DNA from: Thecamonas trahens ATCC 50062 | Lineage: Eukaryota; Protista; Apusomonadida | Direction of reading: 5' to 3' | Assembly (NCBI RefSeq): GCF_000142905.1 | Contig: NW_013657661.1 | Coordinates: 124,001 to 188,000, forward strand | Length of the DNA stretch: 64,000 nucleotides | Shown: in pieces, positions 11,841 to 23,872 of the stretch | How the letters are laid out: each line of letters begins with the position of its first letter | Position numbering within the stretch: the stretch's first letter is position 1 | Notes under the pieces: model-generated | Database searches by the model: none | Seen by the model: only the letters and a program-made list of their open reading frames with translations | What the model was told of the DNA's origin: nothing | Translations under genes and position numbers: made by a program

Positions 11841-14349
11841 GCGGAGACCGAGACCGAAACCGAGGTGGACAGAGTCTTGACGGAATGGGTAGGGTGGAGG
11901 CCGGGGTTGAACAGACTGGTGCAGGCGGCAAGCGTGGGAAGGATCGCGACGGGAAGAACGGAAGTATGCACGGGAAAGGCTCCGGGCGGAGGCTGATTGT
12001 CTCGCTGCAGGCTGCGGAGGAGGCCGTGGCCGCCTACGGCGTCATCTTCCCGCCGCCGCGCGCAGTCGCTGAACGCCCTCGGCGGCGGATAGAAGCACAT
12101 CGCGGGCGGGGCAGGGGCAGGGGCAAGAGCAGGGGCAAAGGGCGGGGTCGAGGACTAGGGCCAGGGCGGGGGCGATCGGCTGGTGCGGTCTCGCGGAAGC
12201 TACTGCCGTCGGTCTCAAGCCTGTCGAACACGGCCGGGTCGGTGGCAAGCAGGTCGGGCCAGGGCTTGGACTCGGACCCGGCCTCCGCCTCGGGCTCCGC
12301 CTCGGGATCAGACTCGGGATCAGACTCGGGCTCGGACTCGAGTACGAGCTCAAAAGGTGAGACTATGTTGACGGGTGGAAGAACGTCGCGGTCCACAGCG
12401 AGTCGTTCGGCTTTGGCGTCGACGTCAACGTCAACGTCAACGTCAGCGAGCACCGCTGTGAGTGCGGCCAAGGCGCGCAAGTCCGCGCGGCTGCGAGCAA
12501 AAGTGGCGCGAATGTATCCGATGTCGCCGCCAACGCCACAGGCGGCAAGACCGGGCGTGGTGTCACCGCCGCGACCGAGGCGCAAGCGTTTTCGCGAGGA
12601 CGAGCCGCTCGCGCTCGGCCCAGCATCGCGTCGGATGTTTGGGACGACTCATGAGAGCACCGCCATCCAGGTGATGCGGAGTAGCGACGAGCCGGAGGAT
12701 AGCGTACGAGTGGTTCTCCCACGGGTGGCGCGGCTCTCGCTCGCTGCGCTGCTAGCGCATGTCGACAAGGCAATTGGGGCACCGCTGCCGGCGACCGCAC
12801 TCCACTGCTGGCCATCGGGGAAGCGAGTGGCTAATCCGCAGGCGCTACGTGACGGGCGGCTGTATGTGGCGCTATCGAGCGGTGAATCATTCCCACGCTT
12901 GTCAGCTGTCGAGATACTGCATCTGCGAGAGTCGAAGCGACCGCTGAGGGCAATAGGCTCGTGGCCGCCGCCTGCGGCCAAGCCTGCGGTCGCAGCCGTC
13001 GATGGCGCGCATGGAGCGAGTCTTGTGACTCGACGACGGTCTGTAGCTCCAGCTGGGGGTGTGGTTCGCGCATATGCAATGAGCGATGTACAAATGTCGC
13101 GCATTGCTCTGGTAGTGGCCGGCAACGGAACTGCGACAAGGCGTGCGGTCCGTGTGCGGATCCCGGCGCATGCGCTACGGTCGCTTCCTGCTGTGCTGGA
13201 AGTTGTGACTCGAAGCTTCGCCATCTCGGGCTCGCGGGCGACGTCCCTGTTTGTGTGGCCCGCCATGGACCGGGTCACCGACGTCCAAGCGGTGTTTGTT
13301 CACCGCGCGCCTGACGAGCCACTTCTGCGATTAGTTGCTGGCCTCGACGGACGAGTCCCGGTCAAAGCGCAAGTGCCAGCGCAAGCATGGCCGGCGGTGC
13401 GGCGAGGTTCCGTTACCGCCGCGCCGATATCGCACCTTGCAATGGAGGATCATGCGGTAGAGCTGCGGCCGCTGTTCTCCATCACTGTCTTTCTCAACGG
13501 CCATCCGGCGCCGCCGACATCAGTGGAGGTCTCGGCAACTGTGTTCAAGGACCTGGCCATACTCATGGCGTTCCTCGACGAGTCACTTCCGTCCAACTCA
13601 CGGGTCTCGCTGTACAAGCTCTCGCGGCTGGTTTCGCTCACAGGCCCCGTCTCGCAGGACGGGTTTCTCTCGCTCTACGATAGCGAGGGGGCGATAGCGA
13701 GACCGAAGCTGACGACGACGCCATGGCCGCGCTCGACCGCATGTTGTCCACCACGTTGTACGAGCCCGAGCCGGTCAAGTCCAAGGCACGATCGACGACC
13801 AAGGCCAAAGCCAAGGCCAGGTCCAGGTCCAGAGCCAAGTCGCAGCGAAGCGACTCCAGGTCGTCCGGAAAGCACGGAGCTCCAGGACGGGCTGAGAAGG
13901 CCCTGCGCTCGGGTGCAACTGCGTCTGTTGTCGACGGCGACGCGCTGGCCATGCTGGTTGCTTCTCGGCCGATGTGGCAGAGCCATGTGGTGAGACGGTT
14001 GGATCAGCTGCGGCCAGGTCATACCTACGTCGCACTCGGTCGCGAGGACTTTGTCGCCGCGCCCTACGCCATCGACTTTGCCTCTGCACTCCTTGCACCT
14101 CAGGAACACACGATCGACGCCGACGATGCTGCCCACTCCACTAACCCAGCCACGCCAGCGGAGTTGCCAATGTCCAGTGCCATGCCGTCAGCTGCCAGCA
14201 CACCGCGATCTCTTCTGACCTCGGACTCGCTGTCCCACTCCATCGACCATGACGACGGCAAGAACGAGTCCGAGCGGCGCAGTAGAAGATCTCGCAAGTC
14301 CAAGTCCAAGTCCAAGTCCAAGTCCAAGTCCAAGCCGCCCGCCCCGTGA
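11693..14349 (+). CDS. Doublecortin (DCX) domain protein with three DCX-like domains; -1 frameshift at the G5 run 13687-13691
   Basis: Likely ATG at 11693. DCX-like units: IQVMRSSD...SLAALLAHV...GKRVANPQALRDGRLYVALSSGESF; VVAGNG...SLPAVLEVVT; ITVFLNG...DLAILMAFL. The third is completed in the -1 frame by VRRLDQLRPGHTYVALGREDFVAAPY. Confidence 0.75.
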
Positions 14350-14413
14350 CGATCTGCACCCGGTCTGTACATTGCCGCCCGCCCCGTGACGATCTGCACC
14401 CGGTCTGTACATT
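14334..14413 (+). repeat. Exact 40-bp tandem duplication spanning the DCX stop codon
   Basis: gccgcccgccccgtgacgatctgcacccggtctgtacatt x2. Confidence 0.95.
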
Positions 14414-14591
14414 GAACACTCGTACCCCTCGGTGTATCGGCACCGGTCGAGTCGCAGAGATGCCGCAATCGGCCGCAGTGGTAGCCTGTGACTCCCCCCG
14501 CCCCCCCCCCCCCCCCCCTCCCCCCTCCCCCCCAAGCGACGACGAGGACGAGACTTAGAGGCAACAGCTGACGCAAAAGTAGAAAGAGAGG

Positions 14592-15464
14592 ATGCGGAAC
14601 CCACTTGTGCTGTTCTCTGAAGAGGCGCGTGTGCGAGTACTTGCGGTGGTGGGACTTGTGGGGATGGCGACATCTGTGTACCTGCTGCGGATGCACTACG
14701 CGCCCGAGGTGGCAGCCCATGGCGTGTGCGAGGTCAACTCGGTGCTGTCGTGTGTGGCGGTGAACACGTCCAAGTACTCGGAGCTGTTCAAGATACCGGT
14801 GGCACTGTTAGGCATCTTCTGGTTCGCGGTCGTCACTGCCGTCGCTGCGCATCTAGTCCTGGTCGGCTACGACACTGCCATCGTCATCGGCCTCGCAGGC
14901 TGGTCGGCCACAGGTGCCGCCACCGTCGTCTACCTCGTGGCTGCAGAGCTGGCCTTGGGCAAGATCTGCCTCGCCTGTACTCTTGTCCAGTTCCTCTCGC
15001 TGGCGGTCATGGCCCTCGCCCACTCCTTCTACATCACCGTCGTCCGCCCGCGCCGCTCCCTGCCGGACCTCGTCGATCTTGTGGCTGAGCTCAAGTGGTG
15101 GCTCGTCGTCATCGTCTGTGTCGGCCTCATCATGTTGGTTGCCTGCAATGCGCCCGCCACTGTCCTGCCTGCTGCCAAGGAGCATCGTGCCGAGCTGGTC
15201 GCATGCCTCAACGCGCGCGCCGTCGCTGTCTACTGGTACGCCGAGTGCTCGCACTGCGTCCGCCAGCGCGCCCGCTTTGGCCTCGAGTGGAGCAACATCC
15301 AGGCCTCACACGAGTGCACGGCCGAAGCCGAGACGTGCAAGCTCGCCAAGATCGAAGCAACGCCGACCTGGGTTCGGGGCGACTCTCGCCACCAAGGCAT
15401 GATGGAGCTCGACGAGCTCGCCAAGTGGGCCGGCTGCGCCTGGCCGTCTGCGCCTGCCGTTTAA
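14592..15464 (+). CDS. Vitamin K epoxide reductase (VKOR) fused to a C-terminal thioredoxin-like domain
   Basis: VKOR loop cysteines CEVNSVLSCVAVNTSKYS..IPVALLG, active-site CLAC, several TM helices, then Trx YWYAECSHC...HEC...C..AKIEATPTW...ELDELAKWAGC. Confidence 0.92.
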   Translation: MRNPLVLFSEEARVRVLAVVGLVGMATSVYLLRMHYAPEVAAHGVCEVNSVLSCVAVNTSKYSELFKIPVALLGIFWFAVVTAVAAHLVLVGYDTAIVIGLAGWSATGAATVVYLVAAELALGKICLACTLVQFLSLAVMALAHSFYITVVRPRRSLPDLVDLVAELKWWLVVIVCVGLIMLVACNAPATVLPAAKEHRAELVACLNARAVAVYWYAECSHCVRQRARFGLEWSNIQASHECTAEAETCKLAKIEATPTWVRGDSRHQGMMELDELAKWAGCAWPSAPAV

Positions 15465-15656
15465 AGTCAATGCTACTGCTGCCGAGCCCTTGCAGTCGCC
15501 ATCCATCAGCGCTTACAGTCTGCTCTACCTCGCAGACATAGTCGATGTCTGCGGAAGCCCACACGAGTCCGGCCAGCCTGCACGGCGGATGGCTGACGCG
15601 TCTTGAGGCCAGCAGCGGAGCAGCAGCTGTCCAGCAGCCTCACACTCGACTCTCGC

Positions 15657-16083
15657 ATGGCCTCTGTACCACATCGGACGCGCGTCCTTGCTCTCTACCG
15701 CAACATCATGCGGATGCACCGGCGTGTGCTTCCTGTCGAGCTGCGGATGGTTGGCGATGACTATGTCCGCGACGAGTTCAAGCGGCACAAGGCCGTCTCT
15801 CCGACCGAGGTCCGGGTACGGACGAGGGAGACTGAGAGGAGGGGGGGGCTTATGAGATGGTACCACTCACACCGGTTTGAGCACATGTGTGTGGTGGTGG
15901 TGGTGGTGGTGGTGGTGGTTGCAGATGTTCCTCAAGGAGTGGCATGGCTACCTCAAGACGTTGCGGAAGCAGAAGCGGCGCGGTGAGGAGTTTGGAGCTG
16001 AGCTGGCTGCCGAGCAGCTGGACAAGCTCTCACCCGAACAGCGTGTCCAGCTTGAGCTGCTCAAGCGCGAGACGTTTAGTTAG
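15657..16083 (+). CDS. SDHAF3: Succinate dehydrogenase assembly factor 3 (ACN9/Sdh7, LYR family); intron 15816-15924
   Basis: LALYRNIMRMHRRVLPVELRMVGDDYVRDEFKRHK joined through a gtacgg...ttgcag intron to MFLKEWHGY...LDKLSPEQRVQLELLKRE. Confidence 0.92.
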
Positions 16084-16970
16084 GCAGCGATGGCAAGGAT
16101 GTTGTGGAGGAAGATATGCCGCGCGAGCATGTTGCCCATGCCGAGCGCACAGGCGATGACCAGGGCGTGGCGATAGGCAAAGACATGGAGCGGGCGGATG
16201 TACGACGAGGCGGCGAGGATGGCGTGGGCAAGGAGGGCGGCAAAGACCACGTCGACCACAAGCTGCGAGGTGCACGGCGCAACGAGCGGCTCAGCGACAA
16301 CAACCGCGGCCCACGACGGGAGCGGCGCAGGGACGGCAAGCGGCCACGGCACGAGGCCGGCGAGGACGGCGTGCATCGCATCAATGGCAGCCGCCTGCAG
16401 CCAAGCGAGCGGGAACCGCGCGAGAGTAATCCACGCCATAAAGGCCAGAGTCGGCACCAGCGAGAACGGCTTGCTGGCTGCATGGAGAGGGCCAGCAAAG
16501 AGCGAGATGACGGCAGCGTCGATGAGGGTGATGAGAAGGTACAGATACGCCGGGTGGGTGAGGGCCGTCAGAAGCAGCGGCGAGATCCACGAGTACATCG
16601 GCGGGAGCATAACCATGCCCAGAGCACACCACACGCCCGTGATGATCGGATAGGTGGCGAGGACCTTGCCGACGTCAGCCGGGTGCGGCGCGCCCATGCT
16701 CGGCGCCACATACCCGGTCACCACCAGTCCAGCAGCAATAGGCAGCTGCCCGCCATCCGTCACCACATAAGCTCACCCGGCAAGTAAGTACAGCATGCAT
16801 GCATGTAGGTATGTATATGTGTATGTGCCGAGGGGAGGTCAAGGGGAAGGTGTGCGTACTGGGTGGATGCCTGTCGCACGCGAGAGGCACAGGACGACTG
16901 TGAGGGCGAGGAAGGCGGCCAGGAGACGCGCCGTCCAGGCAGAGGCGTAGACCTCGGTGGGGGTGTTCAT
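16080..16970 (-). CDS. Multi-pass membrane protein of unknown function; intron 16746-16859
   Basis: Exon 1 MNTPTEVY...GIHP, gtacgc...gggcag intron, in-frame exon 2 LPIAAGLVV... with several hydrophobic segments. Confidence 0.65.
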
Positions 16971-17501
16971 GGTTGAGATGGAGTGGGGTGGGGTGTAGTT
17001 CGGTGGGTCGGTGGGACTCGCCCCCATCTGCTCCAGTCCTGCTCTCGTGTGCATGCACCCCACCAGCGCAGCCGTCGCCGCACACTGCTTGTCGCCGCAG
17101 CCCACTGCGTCCATCCGCACAGGATGTGTCCCGGTGCTGTCCGAGTAAATATTTTTACCTATATTTCTGTGGTACATGTGACGCTCTTGCTTGCGGCCTT
17201 TGTTCTTCCCACACACCGAGCGCGACCCATACATGACTGCAATGTTGTGGTGCAGACGTGGCAGTCGACGCAGGCGTCATCACCATCACTATCCCGTCGT
17301 TTGTCACACGTGACTTCAGTCTCACGCACACACACACACACACCCCTCCCCCCACCTGCACCACCCTTCCACGACAAAGACATGTACGCCCCCCCTCCTC
17401 CCCCCCCCCCCCCCTTCCTTCCCGCCACCCCCACCCCACCCTCACTCACTCCTCATCCTCATCCTCATCCTCATCCTCATCCTCATACACCTCTCCGTAG
17501 T

Positions 17502-19675
17502 ATGGTGTGCTGCTCGTGGTGCTCGTACTTTGTGGACGTCGTCCGCGAGTTCTCCCCGCTTGACCCCGGCTACTTGTTCTGGGCCTGGCCAGGCTTGCTC
17601 CTTCTGACGGCGCTGGTCTACAACGCGCTCGGCTTCATCCCGCTCAAGTCGCGGGCACCGCGTGGTGTCATGCGGGTCAACGAAGATGGTGAGACGCTCA
17701 TCCGCTCGGCCGCAGTCGGATTTGACAATGACCTCGTGGCCATGCCGCTGCCCGGGTGCGACACAGTGGACAAGATCTTTGCCCGCGCCGTGGATAAGTT
17801 CCCCGACTCGCCGTGCCTCGGCGAGCGGACGGTCATCCGCCAGGTCGACGAGTGGAACGAGGAGCGCGGGCGCAACTTTACCAAGCTTGAGCTCGGGCCG
17901 TACCGCTGGCAGACTTTTGCTGAGGTGGCCGAGCGCGTGACGCACTTTGGCGCCGGGCTGGCCGCATTCGGCCTCGGCCGCGGCGATGTCGTCTCGATCT
18001 ACGCTAACACCTGTGCGTCTTGGCAAGTTGCGGCGCAGGCGTGCTTTGCTCGCGGCATCACGCTCGCTACTATTTACGCCAACCTCGGCGAGGACGCGGT
18101 TGTTCACGCCGCCGAGGAGACTGGCTCGCGGATTCTCATTACCGACTCGGCGCTGCTGTCGAATGTGGCTGGAGCCGTCGACCGGCTGCCGACTGTGGAA
18201 AAGGTCATCTACATTCCGCCGATGGAGGGCCGTACGACCGACAACTCGTCACTTGACGCCTTCCCTCGTCAATTCTGGTCTCGTTTGGTGACGTCGAGGC
18301 TGCCGGCGCCCAAGCTCCGGCCGAGCCCGATGCGCCCGAGCCCCACGACGTGGCAGTCGTCATGTACACCTCTGGCTCGACCGGAAAACCCAAGGGCGTT
18401 GAGATCGAGCATAAGGCTGTTGTTGGCGCGGTTGCCTCGCTGGCGCCGGCCATTCCTGGTGCCACCAACGCCGACGTCTACGTCGGCTACCTCCCATTGG
18501 CGCACATTCTCGAGCTCTGCGCTGAGACTACTATTCTCTCGCTGGGTGCGTCCATCGGATACGGATCGACGCTTACGCTGTCGGACACGTCGGCCATGAT
18601 TGCCGAGGGCACGATGGGCGACCTCCGCGCGCTGCGGCCGACGCTCATGGCAGCTGTTCCGCTCGTCCTCGACCGCATCCGGGACGGCGTCTCCAAGAAA
18701 ATCGCCAAGGCCTCGCTTCCCGTGCGGCTGCTGTACGCCGCGGCGTTGGCGTCGGCCAAGCAAGCTCACTTTAACGGGTGGCCCACGCCGCTGTGCAACG
18801 TGCTGGTCTTCAACAAGATCCGCGCCGCCATCGGTGGGCGGCTGCGCATGATGCTCTCCGGCGGCGCCCCGCTTTCATCCGAGACACAGACCTGGTTCTC
18901 GACCGTCATTGCGCCGCTCGGCCAGGGCTACGGCGCAACCGAGACCTGCAGCACCGGAACCATCACTCACCCGGACGACCCGGAGACGAATGTGGTCGGT
19001 GCGCCTATCATGTGCTGCGAGTTCAAGCTCGTCGACTGGGAACAGTACACTAACGCCGACGCCAGCGACCCCACCATTGGACGCCCGCGCGGCGAGATGT
19101 GGATCCGCGGAAACAGTGTGTCGCGCGGCTACCTCGGCATGCCCGACAAGACCGCTGAGGACTACCCGGTCGACTCGGCAGGCATCCGCTGGTACGCCAC
19201 CGGTGACATTGGCCAGGTGGAGACCAACGGTGTTCTCCGGATCATCGACCGCAAGAAGGACCTCGTCAAGGGCGGCCACGGCGAGTACGTCTCGCTCGGC
19301 AAGGTCGAGTCGGCGCTCCGCAACGCAGACGTCGTCGACAACGTCATGGTCCACCAGAGCCCCGAGCTCAACAACCCGCTCGCCGTCGTCTCGGTCAACG
19401 CAGACGCCCTCCGCGCCGCTCTCGGCGCTGGCGCGGACACGTCCGCCAACAAGCTCGTTGACAGCGAGGACGCCCGCTCTGCTGTCCTCTCCGCCCTCAA
19501 GAAGACGGCCAAGTCCGCAGGGCTCAAGAAGTTTGAGACGCCGGCCTGGGTCATCCTCGAGCCGACCGAGTGGACGCCCGAGTCGGACCTCGTCACCGCC
19601 GCTCAGAAGCTTAAGCGTGCGAACCTGATGAAAAAGTACCGGAACGACATCGATAAGGTCTACGAGAGCCTGTAA
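17502..19675 (+). CDS. ACSL: Long-chain acyl-CoA synthetase (ACSL3/4-like); -1 frameshift near 18263-18265
   Basis: N-terminal TM, TIYANLGEDAV, then in the shifted frame MYTSGSTGKPKGV, YLPLAHILE, GQGYGATET, TGDIG, IIDRKKDLVK, VTAAQKLKR. Confidence 0.93.
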
Positions 19676-19750
19676 CGGCGGCTCAGCTCCTTGCGAGCAT
19701 CAACATCACACACTAACAAAGTCTTCCCATTGAACTGCATGTTACGGTCA

Positions 19751-22462
19751 TCACTCACGGCTCGGCTGAGAGAGGCAGAGCACGGTCGACTTGACAAGGT
19801 CTGGGAACATGACCTCGTCTGAGTAAAGAAGCGGCGGTGCCGATGCCAGTGGCGACGAGCCAAACATGCTGCCGATGCCTGGCGGTGGCGAGAGTGGCAG
19901 CGCGTGGTCCGAGCCAGCTAGATCCAGCTCTATGAGCGTCGGCAGTGGCGAGTGGCCAGGTGAAGAGTCAGACGCCGGCGGCGCGATTCGCGCGGTCGGC
20001 GAGAGCGAGACAGACCGGTGCGATTGCGAAAGCAACTGAGAAAACTCAGACGGTACGTGCGGCGAGGTGAGGGTGTGGATCGAGACGTGGAGGCCCTCCT
20101 CGGGGTCAAAATCAATTCCGCGCGGACGGGCGGCTGTGCTCGGCAGCACAATGTCAATCTTGAGCTTGTCGCGCAGGCTCGCGCTATCGCCGTAGCGCTC
20201 GGCGGTCTCAATCGCCCGCTGCAACGACTTGAGGCTCTGCGAGGTGCGGGCGTAAGCCGAGTGCGACCAATCAAACTCGCGGAGGCCGTCATACCACCCG
20301 CCGCCCGAGACTGAGCTCGAGTCGTCTCCGGGGTGCAGCATGTGGCGCCGCCGACGGCGTGGTGGCTTGGATCGCAGCTGTCGCGAGCTCTGGTGGTACT
20401 CGTTTGGGTAGCGATACGACGAGCGGCCTGGGGGATCGGGCGCGCCTCGGCGTAGCCCTTGGCCACATCCGGCGCAAGCGCGACCGGTGGCGGCCGCTTT
20501 GCCTTGTCCTCGGTCTCTACCGTCGAGAGGCCGTCCGGAACGAGCGCAAGCGAGCCAAACGTCGGCAGCAGCGGCTCCGACATGGCGCGGGAGACCCGAG
20601 ATAGCGGCCAGACTAACGAACCCTCGCTCGAGACGGCCGGCAGCTCACAGGACTCACTCTGATCGGCTGTGTAGCTGTCGACACCTAGAGTCTGCAGCGG
20701 CTCGCCCGATAGCTCGGCGGCGCTCAAATTGAGCCTGCACCCGCCAACCATCGGCGACGGCGTTCCATCGCATGAATCCTCTAGAGTGCCCGAGTCGGAG
20801 ACGCCTCGCGTCACATCTGCGTTCGTAATGAGCGGCACAAGGTCGACGGTGGCGTTGGGGAGCGATGAGGCGAGCCGCTTGGTCACTCGTGTAAACTCTG
20901 CGGAGCCAAGGTCTGGGCTGGGCGTATGCGGATGGGCAGCCATGTCGTGTTGCATGAACGAGTCCCAGTCAAAGCTGGAGTCGGGCGAGGAAAAGGTGAT
21001 GACGTCGTAGAACTTGCCGTCGGCATTGCGGGTCGGCGAAATCTTGACCAGCGCCGCCGAGTTGTCATACATGCCGCAGTAGTTGGGTGCTGAAAAGACG
21101 GTCATGACCATGGGCCAGTCTGGTGAGCCCGGAACTGCGGCGCCGCGAGCGCGAGCCTGTTCTCGGGCCTCTTCAAACAGCGCGTGCATGCAAAAGCCGG
21201 TTGACATGACCTGGTGGGCGCGGATGACCGTGGTCACATTGTTGAGGACCAGGAACTCGGCGAGCGTGGCGTAGCCGTACTTGATCGAGATGCCGCGGTC
21301 ATGGTTGGGCAGCGCCTCGATGTCCTTGAACGAGACGTCTGCGGTGGCGGCGGCTGGCAGCGCGGCAGCGCGCAGCTGGCACACGTCCGACGCATCGACC
21401 GGATCCGACCACACCAGATGGACCATGTCGCCCTGCCATGGAATCTCCTGTAGCCGGTCGATGGCGTCGATGTCGCCGATGGACATGAGCGGCGCAACAC
21501 CGGCATGACAGCAGAACATGCGCGCACCGTCGTCTGCGGTGAAGAGGGCCGCGAGCGGGAGAGCGTCAAACACGCTGTTGGCCGCTCGCCACATTCGGAC
21601 CCCAGTCTCGTCGCCGTACTTGTAGCAGAGCTCAGTGAGGAACCCGTGGGTCTGCGAGACGTACCGGCACTCGTGGTTGCCGCGGAGGAGGTAGACAGAG
21701 CCCGGAAATCGGAGCTTAAGCGCGACAAGGAGAAAGAGGACCTCGGTCGAGTAGACACCCCGGTCGACATAGTCGCCGAGGAATAAGTACGCCACGTCAG
21801 GATCGCCAGGATCGCCGCCGAGCAGCAGCGCGCACACCAAATCGAATAGTTGGCCGTGGATGTCGCCGACGAGAACAAGACCCGGACGATGAGCCCCGGT
21901 AGGTATGCTACCGGTTTCCCCGCTGCTGCCGCTCACTTTGTCATGCTCAGCGCATGCTTCAGCAGCTTGTGCAGCAGCCAGGGAGTCGTGCGAGAGGCGC
22001 AGGACATTGGGCTCGCGCGCGAGAACGGTCCGCGCCGTTGCCAACAAGTGAAAGGCAAAATCTGCCTCGATCTTGCCTGACCGCAGAAAGTGGTCGCGGA
22101 GCGTGCGCCACTCGAGCGAAGCGCCTTCGTCCGACGACTCGGGCCAGACGTCTGCGATGCTGAGGAGCGCAACGTTCTTGGACTCGTCGGAGTAGGCCGC
22201 CAGCATGGCCTCACGCGCAAGCGCGGACCGAAACGACGGGACGGCGGATGCAAACGTTGCCTCGGCGTCGGACGACGACGACGAGTTGGCACAGGCGGTC
22301 GTAAACGATGAGGTCCGCGGTGCACACCGGCGGATCATCGGCGAGTCGATGTCCGACCGCGCCTGTGAACACGGCGACGAGCCCATCTCGGCCGCTGACG
22401 TCGACAACGTCGTGACGATCCGGAGACTGTGCTCGACCGACGACGCTGTCGCCGACGACCAT

Positions 22463-22539
<77 letters not shown>

Positions 22540-23208
22540 AGGGTCCGAACCGGTTGAAGAGACTGACCGTGACGCCGAGACGTAGACCGGCGGAGGGAGC
22601 ACCGAGTGTGGCGAGGCACAGCCGATGGTGAGCTCGGACGATGAGCACGAGTAGCCCAGCCCTGGCTCAATAGGACCGGGACAAGGCCAGGAAGAGGAGC
22701 GCTGTTGGGATTGTGACCCCGACCGCGACCCCGACCGCGACCGCGACCGCGACCGCGACCGCGACCGCGACCCCGATCGTGACCGCGGCGCCCTGGACAC
22801 AGTCTTGACCGGGGATGCAATTTTGCTCCTGCGAGGCTTACCGCAGCGGTCGTCATCGCCACGGTTCATGGCCGGTGAGCCCGACAACAGCGGGCTGAGG
22901 CGCGGGAGCGGCCGAGCAAGGCTGGCCCGGACGTCGCCGTAGAGAACATCGCCCGCAGCTGGCTCGAAGTCCAGGGAAGCGTCGAGCGAGCCCGAAGTGG
23001 TAAGCACGTCGTCAACACCCTGCGATGATGGGCAATCTCTGTCGTAGTTGGTACCGTTGAGCTCTGTGGGAGAAAGTGGGACGGTGTGCAGACGACGCTG
23101 TTGCGGCTGTTGTGCGGTCGAGCCCGCCGAGCCGCCGGCTAACCCTGCAACACGACTACCGGCTCGTAGCGTAGCAACCGCCGGTTCGCTCGGTAGGTGA
23201 GCAGACAT
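19751..23208 (-). CDS. PPP-family Ser/Thr phosphatase, divergent calcineurin-A-like, with long low-complexity N-terminus; probable -1 frameshift near 20430-20434; start uncertain
   Basis: GDIHGQ, GDYVDRG, LRGNHE, CHAG, LVWSDP, IRAHQ, TVFSAPNYC. HFLRSGKI..REPNVL and GFCMH...WPMVMTVFSAPNY resemble calcineurin. The C-terminal 196-aa ORF is in the -1 frame. Confidence 0.85.
22463..22539 (-). repeat. Coding (GGCTCG)n hexamer repeat, poly(Gly-Ser)
   Basis: (gagccc)n on the + strand inside the phosphatase N-terminus. Confidence 0.9.
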
Positions 23209-23872
23209 GGCGGTCGAAGGTACCCGGGTTGGCGACGGGTATGCACGCGTACCCGCTAGAGGCATACCCAAAGTGGGGGGTTGGGTAATAATACCGCCGT
23301 GGGAAGAGTTCGGTCCGTCAACACGCAGTGCCTTGCTGTCGGGAAGTAATTGGCTGATGACAACTGTTCGCGAACTCTGGCGACAGACCAGGTGCGGAGA
23401 CGAAAAGTCGGCGTGACAGGTAAGCCGAGGGACAGGGACGGGGGTTTGCAACACCAAGTTGGCTACTGAGAACGGAGTTGGTCAGCCGGAACGCGGCGAG
23501 AGGAAGAGAGGAAGGGGGGTAGATAAGAGTTGGGGGAAGGGTACTCCCTGTGTTGGATAGAGTCAAGTCGGTCAAAACCACAGGGAGTCTTCAAGCGGGA
23601 AAGTAGCCCAAACGAGGAGAGGGTGAGTCTGGGTGTCAACACGGAAGGGCGGCTGCCGACGGTGCGGCAATTTTTGGCCGCAGAAATGAGTAACGCGTCG
23701 TTCTCTGGTTGCAAGGTGACGTCACGCCAATGGCGCAACCGCGCAGCCTGGGCAGAGATGCAGCCGATGGATGACGATTGGCAAGGATGGGAGTTGCGCG
23801 CGAGAGAAGGGGGGATAGCGTGTGTTTGAACGAGCTGCGCCACGGGTCAGCATACCGCTGGTTGTGTGCAAA

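Noticed and set aside
14334-14413. Direct repeats as a CRISPR array or LTR
   Set aside because: Only two adjacent copies with no spacer, no cas genes, eukaryotic context.
16983-17501. Upstream extension of the ACSL ORF
   Set aside because: Translates microsatellites (THTH, PPPP, PHPH); intergenic.
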